NCBI GenBank assembly: GCA_965637545.1 | Contig: OZ281501.1 | Location: forward strand, 15,190,001-15,254,000 | DNA length: 64,000 nucleotides | Direction: 5' to 3' | Origin: Phallusia mammillata | Taxonomy: Eukaryota | In this document: one piece after another, positions 1-27,100 of the stretch | Layout of the letters: the number at the start of each line of letters is the position of its first letter | How positions within the stretch are numbered: position 1 is the stretch's first letter | Made by a program: the position numbers and the translations under genes | Notes under the pieces: model-generated | Database searches by the model: none | Told to the model about the DNA's origin: nothing | The model's input: only the letters and a program-made list of their open reading frames with translations

Positions 1-1319
1 ATGCTGCATAGGGACTAACTTTCCAGTTTGCAAGAATTTGCAACAAGGCAACTTAGAAAATTCGTACATCTTGGCCTTGTATCAGTTACTACGCATTGTT
101 TGCATTTTGAAATCAATTCCAATTTAGCTGCTACACTTTTATTGTGTGCAGTTAGGTTTGGACTAATTTTCTTGATGTAACATTGGTTTGTTGTGCAAAA
201 GCTCAAATGCAACTGCTGGAAATATGCTGAATGCTAAAATACATCTGCAACCGCAAAATCAGATTTTCGCTACTTGAAGAAACCCATTGTTTTGGTCGCG
301 ACTTATCTTAAGGACATTATAGCCTTTGGGCTTTAGCACAAAGTTTCAGGTTTATTGCCGAAGTTTTTTCATATTTAACATATACTTAGAGGTTTTTATT
401 GTTGGATATAGTTTCAGAGTGGAAAGATGTGTTCGATTATTTCGATAGTGTCAGGATTGTTATTGCCACCATAATATTTGGACAATAAGCAGGCAGGAAA
501 GAGCTTTTCCATGTTACGCCGTGTTGTGCATGGATTGCTTGGAAGGTATTCAACAGTGCATTGGAACTTATATTTGCGAAATTGTTGATTAGGTCGGACA
601 GTGCGCATCACTTGAACTGTAATATGTCTTCATGTTAATTAGCAAATCTGCTTCAAGCTACTTTTTTGTCAATGTGACTCTTTTGCTGTAAAAATTAAAA
701 CTAGCTGGTTAGCTGGTTTTCGATTTAGCTTGGTTTAGAGATGTTAAAGAAACCGTATTTTGCAACACTGAAAAGATTTAGAGTGTAGCTGCAAACCGTG
801 CACACTGTCTCGGCCTATTCAGTCTCATCACTCAAGCTGATAACAAGGCATTGGCGTATGGTCTAGTATAGCCAAAAAGTAACAGACTAAAAAGCACCCT
901 TGTATAGGATGTGACATTTTATACACTATAGCAAACGTTGCCGAAATATTGTGTATATTCTTCGTGGGCTTGGCCCGTTTTTCAAAGTTATTCTTCTTGC
1001 AATGTGACAGTTATAAACGTGAAAAGTGTACTTGTGGCGTCATGAAACATACAGAAAGTTTGCCGGAAAACGAAACTGGTTACGGTCAAACCGTGGAGCT
1101 CCAGAGGATGTCACATACTTTCGACTATACGTAATCTTTAAAAAACATTCTCTTTGGTTGGGTAGATAGTAGTGAGAACTATGTGGGATATTTAACATAA
1201 TGTTTACCTTTGATTCCATGCAGATTTAACGTTAAATCTCCAAATCATTTACACTAAATTAAAAACCACAAAAATGTCACTGCAATTTAAACGTCCTTCG
1301 AAGGAAAGTTGAATCCAAG

Positions 1320-16054
<14,735 letters not shown>

Positions 16055-16791
16055 CGTCACCACGTGACACGTCACTGCTTGCTGCCCCCCTGTGCACCCC
16101 CTGTTTGTTATAGTCTTGCCACACCTACAAATGGTTGCTGCGTGTTGCGTGCTAACACAGTATGACTTTGAAGTCTTCTTTTCTTTATTGATCTGTTTTT
16201 GTGATTTGCTTGTTTGTTTTCTGATATTTTTTCCTTCCGTAGACTTGCTGTTGGTGGTACTTCCATTGTTCTAAATACTCCAGACGTGTTAACGCGCATC
16301 TTTGTTCCTAACATTCCAAGTGTTTTATCACCGTAAAAAGTTAAAATAGGAGTCAGTACAATTTGTCGAAAACCTTTTCGATTCTTACATTTCATCTAGT
16401 ATATTTGCAACTGGGCTCGCAATGACATTTTTTAGTTGAAAAGAAAACACATGAACCCAAATCTTTAGATTTTCGAACTACATGTTGCCTGGAGGTTTAC
16501 ACACTGCCATGCGTTTGAACATAACATAAGACTAAAAGGGTGACTGCCCCTTTCTTGTATAAACGAGGTTTTGCTATTGTAGTGTAATTGTATTTTCGAA
16601 CTGTTTGTAGCAGTGGTGTGTAGGTAAGTCGATAAAAATCAGCGTCTGTAACTGGCTTATGTACTTTGAAACGGAAATATGGTCTAGGCCAACTTAAAAA
16701 ACGCTATGTCTTCGAATATAAAAGTTAAAAGTTGTAAGTTTGTATGTTTCGAAACTCGAGGTTTCACGATAGATATATTACAACACATCAC

Positions 16792-16797
16792 AATAAA
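16792..16797 (+). terminator. Candidate polyadenylation signal of the MLCK transcript
   Basis: AATAAA about 740 nt after the MLCK stop. The motif is common in AT-rich DNA, so support is weak. Confidence 0.3.
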
Positions 16798-17597
16798 CGT
16801 TACTGTCTGCAATTTAGTTACCTGTCAAATATTGCTATAAAAAAACGTTTGATTCCGCTCTTACTAAAGTTTCGAAAACGTTTAAGATCTACAGGGCAAG
16901 AACCAGTAGTTGCCTTATTGCGTTGATTTCAACCTGCGTGTCTTGAATGAGTGTATACGTTTAAATTCTATATTACCGCTGTTAATTCGCTTTTGAATCC
17001 TATTTCTCCACCCGTTGTCGACTAAAAATGCTGTGATTCACATTTTACTTGGGCTGAACTAAGGTCCCTTGATTTTTGGTACTTTGCGACTAAAATTGAA
17101 AACGATTTGTCACGCTTTGCACCTTTTAAATATTATCAAGCATATTGCGTCACTTACATTGGTGCAAAATCAGTCGCACAAGATTTTTCCGCTTTACTTT
17201 GTGCTCACATCACTACTACTCCCAATAGTTTCTCAAGCCCCTGATGTGCACCCATGCCGTGATCCTAGTAGAGAATGTTCTCGTCACAATTAATTTGCCA
17301 TATCCACTCCGAAATTAGCAACCTGTAGTCATAACACTAAACTAAACTACTCGAAAATGATGTTTTTGTTGAAAAACTTGTTGAAGTCGTTGTACTGTGA
17401 GGTCATGGTTATCCCTTGGCCCATCAACATTTCATGACCTTTGCCCTTATTATAATGGTTAACGAATAGATAGTGTCCAAAACATCCTAAGATGGTTTCG
17501 AAAAGTACTCAATCATAGATACAGCCATATGTCAGCTAAATAATTAACTACCCCATAGAATTTGCAAATCTTAATTTGGTGAATTCCAGCAAACCGA

Positions 17598-17604
17598 ATG
17601 ACAG
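17598..17604 (+). CDS. Candidate ATG micro-exon (MT) for the obscurin-like gene
   Basis: ATG ACA G|GTATGA is a good phase-1 donor that fits the acceptor at 18158. No other start exon was evident between the two genes. Confidence 0.35.
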
Positions 17605-18157
17605 GTATGAAATATCTGGAGTATAAACTTGTGCCATAGAATTGACAACATTGCTTACAGTTTGTTAATGTTTGTGTCGCAATGCTTCAAACGCCATGAT
17701 TGCCATACTATTCATCAATAACTCTATAATCACCGTGAAAAATTAGTTGATCTCTATTGTGTGACCTTATTGCAAGATGAACCTTTTGTTTTGCCACTGA
17801 CGACGTGTTTGTTCTCTTCGCTTTCTTCCTCTCTTGTTGGGTTAACCCTCAACACAAGTTGATTTTGTCGTGGCGCTAATAAATCTGTTGATTAAATAGA
17901 TTCAACGATTTGTAATGTGTTAGAAAAAAAGTATGCCAATTCTGGCATATTATGCTCTGACTTTTGTGGAATAAATTCGACAAAATAACTAAGTCAGAAG
18001 GCAGGACTTCAAAACAGTCGCTGGTACTTTAGGCTTAATGCACAAGTACGCATCTCCTGTAAAAATCGTGTGATGTATCGTTGCTGCATGAAAATAGTTG
18101 CTTAGTTTGTGCATTTTTACTTTTTCCAAGATTTTCAACTGTCTTTTCCTGTTTTAG

Positions 18158-21100
18158 CAAAACGAACTTCATCAACCAGCTCTAGCTCTTCATCTTCTTC
18201 TCCTATTCCTTACTCTCCATCTCCTCTCTTATCCTCCTCTTTCTCCTCACTTGAAAATCTATCTTGTCAAGACGACATAGTGTCCGAATGCTTCAAACCG
18301 GGAGAACCAGTTTTTCTTAATTTTGAGTTTTTTGCTCCTGTATCACAAAAAGATTTAAACAACGCCATTCAGGAAGATGCTTCCATTGATTGGTATAAAA
18401 GCCCTTTAGAGGAGAATGCAAACCAGGATTTAAAGGAAGCTGAGCCTATTTCTTCTGACAACAACTGTACTATCAAGTGTTTTTCTCCTACTGAAGATCG
18501 GGAAAAAATTGCTTCCAGCATTTTGGTTCTTCATTCGCTGTCGCAGGAACAGAGTGGCATTTATTTGTGCAAATGCGTTGTCAGAGGTCTCAAGGCAACT
18601 AAAAAGTATCGTGTTGTCATTGCGGATGGTAAGAAAATTATGGATGAAATCTATTGTTGAATTAAGTACTGTTTTTGTTGTAACCAAAGCTATCATGTCC
18701 TAAATTAAAAAGTTAACATAGAAATCATATTGTTCGTGCACTTTGATTTCTGTTGTTAAGAAATTGGCGCCATAAAAACATCCTTTTGAATTTGGTGCGT
18801 ATGAATTGAGAATGTGATAACTGTAACATACCTTTTGGTGGTAGGGAATAGGGATCCGACGCAGCTGCAAATAATACTATGAAAGGAAATTTTGTCATTG
18901 CAGAAACCAACAATACCAGCAAAGATTTGTCTTATACGCAAAATTTGACAAGATCTATGGCGCCCAATAGTTTTTCACACTAGTAAATTAAGTCACATTA
19001 GTAAATCACTTTTTTTTAGATACAATTGTACACAAAAAGACTAGGTGTCTTCCACCAAGGTTTGTAAAGATTTCAAGAAACCAAACAGTCTCAGAGGGTA
19101 GTGATGCAGTGCTAAAGTGTACTGTAGTCGGAAAACCAGCACCTTTGATTTATTGGTACATGTATGGTACAAAGCTCTACCAAGGAGAACGACACAGGTA
19201 AATTAATAATTTTTTTTAGCATATAATTTTAAAAAGTTGCTGATATAGTTTCATCAAAAGATAGACGAAATACCAGATAATCAGCGGCTAAAAAGTAATC
19301 ATACACCAAATCAGCTAAATTAGATGGTTTCAAATTTGTACTATTTGGCACAATTTCAGTTATTGTGCTGTTTTGTTTTGTACTTTGAGGTTGTGTGAAA
19401 ACAATTATTCAACCAAACCTAGTTCTTGTAAAATTAACATATTCTAAGTTTCGCTGTATCACTACTGAAAAGTGGAAACAGTTAGTTAATTTTATAACCC
19501 CAGCTGGTCTTGTAAACCTACGTTTTTGTGTTGGTTATGTTAATTACAGTTTCATGCAGTTATAATCAATACAGTGTGATGCTAGATAGGTTTGTGTACA
19601 AATACATTTGTGTGATGAAATGATGGAAAAAAACACTGAATTGTTTTCATTGTAGGTTTGCTAGAGAAGGTACTGATGGAACATTGTCTGTGTTGGCAAC
19701 AAGGTGGTATGACAGGTAATGCATTCTAACTGGTATAATCTATTTTATACATAACTAGTTTATTCCGTATGCAAATGCACAGTGAAGCCTTCCAAAGAGT
19801 CTCCAGTTATGGATATTTACTGATAAGATGTTTTGTAAGTGTTGTTCATTTACAGTGCAAAGTATGAATGCAAAGCAGTCAGTCCACTTGGTACAGCTAC
19901 TTGTTGTGTTGATCTCTGTGTTCAACCTGCTGACCACCAAGAAGTTGAATTTGAAGGAGCTCCAATGTTTCTCATGCGAACTGAATCAAAAATTGTTCAA
20001 GTTGGGTCCAATGTCACATTTAATTGCACTGTTGCTGGGACACCAAATCCCAAAGTGAGTACTTTATGTGCTTCTACATGTTTTGCAGAACTATAGCATG
20101 TCACATTTAATTAACAGTTTGACATGCTGTGGTGGTGTTTAAAGAATAAAAAATCATGTAGAAATGGAAACATTTTTATTTTTGCTACCTTGTTTTGTTT
20201 GTCTGTTTAGGTTGATTGGAAAAAGGGTGATCATGTGATTTCTGCTAGAGAATCTTCCCGTTACATTTTGACTCAGAGTCAGGGTGGTGCATACAGCTTA
20301 ACTATTAAAAAGGTCCGACTAATTGACGATGGGAAATACACTTGTGTAGCTGAGAATGCCAGAGGTGTTGCATTGTGTGGAACATTTCTGATGGTGGAAA
20401 GAGGTAGGGCGGCATTAATTTGGCTTCTTCGTGCTCACAAAAATATCTAAACATTTAAATACTTAATGATTCGATACAGCATTTTTAGGTATGCTTGTGT
20501 CGGTATACAGATCCTGGTTCTGACCATATAATAGATCACCTCTATTATTTTGAACATACAGTAGTGCACTTTCGTGTACTTGACCTTCATTTTAAAATTT
20601 TGTAGGCATGTTGGTAAAACTGGCTAAAAATTTTATCTGTTTTTTGGAAAAAAATCTGCTCTTTTACAGGAGACGAATCCCAGCCATTCTGTTCATATGA
20701 TGTTCTTCCTCTTGCCCCAGTGTTTGTCACTCGTCCATACAGTGCCACTGTTAGGTGTGGATACTCAGCAGCATTTCAATGCACTGTTCATGGAGTCCCA
20801 CAACCTAAACTTACTTGGCATCTCTGCAATGGTGCAAGGATTAAAACCAATGGACATTACATGGTAGTTCAATGTTTGGACTTTTTACCTGTTTTCTCAT
20901 AAATTATGGCGGTGTTTGTTATAAATACAAGTTTCATTTCCCAAAAAGCATTTGTAAACTTTGCATGACATTTTTGTAGCAATATAAAAACTTCTAAAAC
21001 TCATAAAAACAACATTTCTAAGCTTTGTTACTTGCTTTTCAGGTTGAAGATTTGAAATCACACCACACTCTAAGAATTCCAAAAACAAAACAAACTGATC

Positions 21101-24100
21101 AAGGATTTTATTTTTGTACTGCTTCAAACAGTGCAGGTGTTTTCTTTTTAACTACAACAGTTCTGTTACAAATGTTAAAAAATTTGGTCTCCGCAGTGAT
21201 GATTTGAAATTTGGGAAAGCACTTTTTTATTTTTCAACTAGTTGCTGCAGTGAATTACAAATATTTTTTTTCAAAAAGGTGAAGTTTCCTGCAGTGTAAA
21301 ACTTGATGTCACAGTTCATGAAAACTCTATTCCACCTTCTGTTAAGTTCGGTGCTGAAGCGCTATCTCCCACTACATCAGAAACAGCAGAGGAAAATATT
21401 CCTGCCAGCTTTCCCAAGAAGTCTTCAGGGAGCTCTAAATCCATTATTTTGACATCAGGCAAAAATGCAAAAATAAGTTTAACTGTCCGTGGAGTTCCTA
21501 AACCCGAAGTGACTTGGTATAAGGGAGGTCAGCAATTAAGAACTGGAAACAGGTTTGCATTTTTTACCTATAAATTTCAGCAGCTAAGACTTTAAATTTC
21601 AAAACAATAGAATTAAATATGTTTTTGATATGTCAAACTAGTTTTGTTTTCACCTAATAACACATTTCACTATTTTAGTCAACAACAAAGTAAAGAACAT
21701 GCTTTAGATAGCACAATTGCTTTGTATTCACAAGGTTGTGGGTTTTAATCCTATATCAGTCGCTTGTGTTTCCCTGAGCAAGAAACTTGAGCGGCATTGC
21801 TCCAACCCAGTGGTTTTCGATGTTGAAGTCATGAAGTTCCTAAACCTAAAAACATAAATAATAAATGATTTACCGAACTTGCATTAAAACAACACATTCA
21901 GACGTTGCTCACCCCTTTAGGAGAAAAATAGAACAACAACAAAGACTTTTTGCACACAGCTGTATGATTGCAACCTCTCTTTGTAAACTAATTTACATGA
22001 ACATGACGTTCTATCTTTATTACTACCACAAGCCACTTGACAAAATTGGTCTGTGTCTTTAACATGTTTTTCACCTTCAGATTTAGTCTTTACAAAAATG
22101 TTGATGTGTACCAACTTCAAATTGCCAAAGTTCAAAAAGATGATGCTGGTTTGTATTCAGTGCTGGCCTGCAATGCTGGAGGTCTCTTTACAACTCTTAT
22201 TGATATAACTGTAAGAGGTACGACCAATAACCTGGCATTTGTTTTGGTGTTACTTATGTTTGTGCTTAATGTGGACTGCTAAGTTAGTGTTTGTAATAAG
22301 AATATGTTAATAAAGATCTACAGTCAATATAACCACCTAACCTTTTTATATATCTTGACATTTTTTACAGTTAAATATAGTTATCCAATTTGTGTATGTA
22401 TATCACAAATTGGGAAATGTTTATTTCTAGGTTAAAATCAGTTGACAATCTTATAATATTTTTGCTAAAAAGCATCTTCAGTGTCTAATTAAAATTTTAA
22501 ACGCTGGTAGTAAAATTGTTTTTATATTAGAGATTCGATTGCCCTCAATATTTGCCAAGCCACCTGAGCCAAGTATTTCAGCTCATGAAGGGGCCGATGC
22601 TGTGATACAATGTAGACTAAAAGAAAACGAGAAGGCAAGGGAGGCAAAATGGTGGAAAGAGAACAAACTTCTACAAAAGACTTCTGACAAATATGAGATG
22701 ACCTCAGATGGGTAAAACTTAATTGGTCAAAGGTCAAAGCATAAGAAACAACAACAAAAAACATATAGATATTTAAAAACTGCTTGTCAATGGCCTGGAA
22801 TATATCAGTGTCAGTTTAGTGAGGTTGAACTGTTATATCATAAGTAATGTACACTTTATCAACACCAAGGAGACTGTTAAAACTTTGTATTGTCATGAAT
22901 GTTAGATACGATGCAGGATTTCTGTTTATGTTTAATTTGCTAACGTCAAGAATTTTACACCAGCTCCCTTCGCCAGCTAACAGTGAAATCAGTAACAGCC
23001 AATGACAGTGGTGAATACAAGTGTCAAGTTGGAAATCATGTGGAGAAAGCAAAGCTTGCTGTACACAAAAACCAACCCGGTATTTAACATTTTTTATTTC
23101 TAAACACTTAAATATTAAAAAAAATGTGTCCAGAACATTTTTTTTCTTTGTTTATTTGTTTGTAAACTTATTATGATGATGGCATGCCAATATGATAAGC
23201 AAACCTTATACCAGTGGCTTTCAAACTGTGGCTTGCATACAGAGTGACATAAAAGGTATTTCAGGTAGAATGCAAGCTTGTTTCAGTTGACAAAAGTTTA
23301 TCGATATAATGTATTTATCACACACTTTTTAAAGTTCTTCTTGCAAGATAATTACTTTTCATTTGCATTTTATATGCTTATGAAGCATCCTAAAGCACTG
23401 TATTGATTGTGGCTGTTCTACTGTAGCTTATTTTCTGGATAAAAGTGGTTTACATACAAATTTTCTTGATACATATAGGTGGTATGCGACCATTGTACAA
23501 AGCTCTATCAAGATATGCCATAGTTTTTCCAGGTACCCAACAAGATCGAAATGAGCTGCATCCGATACAGGAAAAAACACCGATTAAAATTCTTAGTCTG
23601 CCTACTCCGGCACATATGGAAGTACCAGAAAAAGGCACCTTGATTCTGCAGCACCGCATTAATGAAGCTGTTGAAAATTGCACTTGGTCATTAAATGGGA
23701 AACAACTTTATGATTCCGAGAGATGCAAGGTGCCAAATGTTCAAACAATTTGTATGCTATATAACGGAATATACGCTAAATTATCGTGCGTTAATACGAA
23801 ATGCATTGTTGTTGTTGTATCAGAAACTTTGTTTGACAGATCACAGTTAAAGAAGGAAAATACTCCTTGATGTTAATGAACGTTTCTCCAAAAGATGCAG
23901 GAGATGTTGTTTTTAAAGTTCCAGGATCCAACGTCGCCATCACTACTTCAATAAAAGTACAAGGTAGCATATCATCACCCCTCCATCATCATTTGTCTGC
24001 TTTAATGATTGAACAATCAGATTTTCCCTTTTTAAACTTTACCACGACACGAAGAAATTAAGTCCATTGTCACATAATTCCACTACTTGCAGCCAATAGA

Positions 24101-27100
24101 GGATACAGAAAAACTGTACAATATAATTGACGTAAATTGACCGTTTTTCGTTTTAAATCTTCGGATGAAGTTGTAAATTGTCATTTATAGCGGAATATGC
24201 TTAAAAATCGTGTTTCTGGGTAATTTGTTGATTTTTAATTTCATTAACTACATTTTTATTACTCGATATAAACAAACTTATGTTTAATCGTAGCCCTTCC
24301 TGCAATGCCTAAAGTCCCTAGAGTCCAGATGAAAGATGACACAAGCGTACGTGTGTCTTGGCAACCAACAGCAAGTGATGATGTTGAATACGTCATCGAA
24401 GCGTTCTCGGATAAATCCAAAGAGTGGAAAGAAGTAAGTCATCTCAGATTTTTACACCCTACTGTATAATTTTCTAATTACTACTGTACTGTATAATTTT
24501 TCTAATTAGGCAACTGTGCAAGATCAAAGGATTTTTATCATACGAGTAGACAATCTTTTGTGAAAACAATCGGACATATAGTTCTCTTTTTAGATCCGTC
24601 TGCTTTGTATTTTTGGGGTAGGGGTAAGACGGCAGAAGAAAGTAAATCCGTTTTGGTTTGTTATTTAGGTTGGTGTAGCATCTGCCAAGGCTGGACAATT
24701 TACTGTGACGGGATTAGAACCTGGAACCTCTTACACATTTCGCATGAAAGCACAAAATCAGGCTGGAATGGGAGTGAGCTGTGATTCGAGCCAACAAATC
24801 ATGATACGTAAGTTGTTATTTCGACAGAAATCCCCGAAAAGTTTCAAAAGGTACCTACGTGGTTTTGAAATTTGTGTTTAAAACGATTGTAAAAGGCTAA
24901 ACAACCCCTTCTACCTATTCCCTCTCAGAAAAAATTTCCAGCATGCAAAAAGATTGCAAAGTGGACCAGGTTTTTTGTCAATTTTTCAACTCTTTTGGAT
25001 GCCCCGCTGTGCCAAAAAGGGCAAATACAAAGATGTTTTGTTTAATGTTTTGGAACTTATCGGCTACGAAATAATGAGGCTTTGTTTAAAGTTAGCCTTA
25101 TTTAATTCAGTTTAAACTCTTAATGGAACTATGTTTTTGATTTTCAGCGTCAAAAACTTACATTGTGCAAGGCCTCGATGACATTGCTATCATGGAGAGC
25201 GAGACCGCCCGATTTAATGTGCAACTCAGCAGCGCCGCTTGTGGCGGAAATTGGTTTTTAAACGGACTTAAACTTTCACAAAGGTTGGATTGGATGCTTT
25301 TTCGCTCTTGCTATTTGAAATTTCGCGAAATCTTGTTGTACACCTTTTCTAAACCATCTGTCAGAATTAAATAAAATTGTAGTATATGTGAAGTAAAATT
25401 GAAATACGTCTTACACAATTTCTGACATATTTTTACTGTAACTTACTTCTTTCGCAAATAGACCATAACAAATCTTAATTTTGAGACCTTATCTCATACC
25501 ACCTGATTCGGTGCTTTGTAATCCTAGTTGAGGACCCTTTCTTCTTGGAACTAGTGATACAGCCAAAACTTGTTTTTGCAGACTAAAGAGTGTTGCAAAC
25601 ATTATACAAATCTAACAAATTGGAAAAAAATGTTTGCACAAACAAAGCACTAATGCAGTGTGAATCCGATTATCGGTCTGATAGACACGTAGATCTCTTT
25701 TAAGCAATTTTTGAATAATGTTTGTCCTGTAGAGGAGAAACTTGTCAGTTGATGACGTCAGGTTGCGCTCATTCACTGGTGATGCGAAACCTGACAAAGA
25801 CTGGAAGTGCAACAGTGCAGTTCGTCACAAGTGATGGAAAGTTGATGACATCAGCACAACTCATGGTGAAAGGTAAAACAACATTGGACAGTTTTACATC
25901 AACGATAATTTCACAACATGGAAGTTTCATAATCTAGTTCAGCGGTTTTTAAATTTACCGATCGCGTACCGCCTCATGACTTTTTTTCTATCGCTGCGTA
26001 CCACATATATCTTGTTTAAAAAGGTAGACCAAGTTGTATCAGATTGTTTCTGGCAAAATATATGGCATGTGATCTGTCATGCCTCGTATAAATGCAGGAT
26101 TTGTTTAATAACGTTTGTTTCGTTTGGTATAAAAGTTTAATTTTTCGGTTGTACTTATGTTGTGGTCCGTGTTGATGGCCATCCTGTATATACAACAGAA
26201 AAACCATGTGACATGTGCGCAGATGTGACATGTGTGTACAAGATTTAAAAAAAGCTATAAAGTGTTTGTTAATTACTGGGGTGTAATTCTACAGCAAAAC
26301 TTTTCTTCGCAGGCAAATCACTTTCTGTGGTGCAGAAGCTTGCTGACGTCACTGTTACTGAAAACGCAGATGCAACATTCACAGTGGCTTTGTCGAAAGC
26401 TGTTAACAAACTGGCCAAGTGGTACCATAAGGTACATAATGTCACCAACAATAATGATATTAACAATTGTTTAAATACTTTATGTTTAACGGTAACCTAA
26501 CAATTTGCTTTGAACCTAACCTTCTCATACCATTTTTTGCAATAGACGTGTAACAAACGTATTCTACACAACAGTAACATTAGATCTAAAGTCATAAATA
26601 CTATGTTGCTAAACAGTGTTTTTTTAAGGTGTTTTGGGGGACCGTTTTCTCCAGCGGTTTCCCAAAATTTGCCAGTAGCCTAATAAATAATTCGTTTAAG
26701 CAAATATGGCTATTTTTTGGTATTTAAATGAAACACTTGCGGTCTCTTAAAACTACTTAGCGGTCACCCAAACCAAACCTTAAAAAAAACCTGTTGCTAA
26801 ATATACAGCAAGTAAACTTATTGGCGTTTAGCTATGGGATTTTAAGGTTTATCGAATTTATATTAAAATACTATAGTAAATGTGTACATTGTATTTATAT
26901 TTTATTTGATTTATGTACCGCCTAAATATTTTAAAACACACGGTTTAGTACAAAATATCAGGCTTATGACGTCATCTCTGATTAAGGGTTTGGAACTGAC
27001 ACAATCCCACGACGTCATCATGGAGAAGCGCGGGGAATTTCAGGTCCTACACATGAAGAACATCAAAAACACTGCATCTGGAGAAATTCGATTTGTTATG

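Noticed and set aside
15-212. Minus-strand 65-aa Cys-containing ORF
   Set aside because: No family motif and no convincing splice sites; this length is expected by chance.
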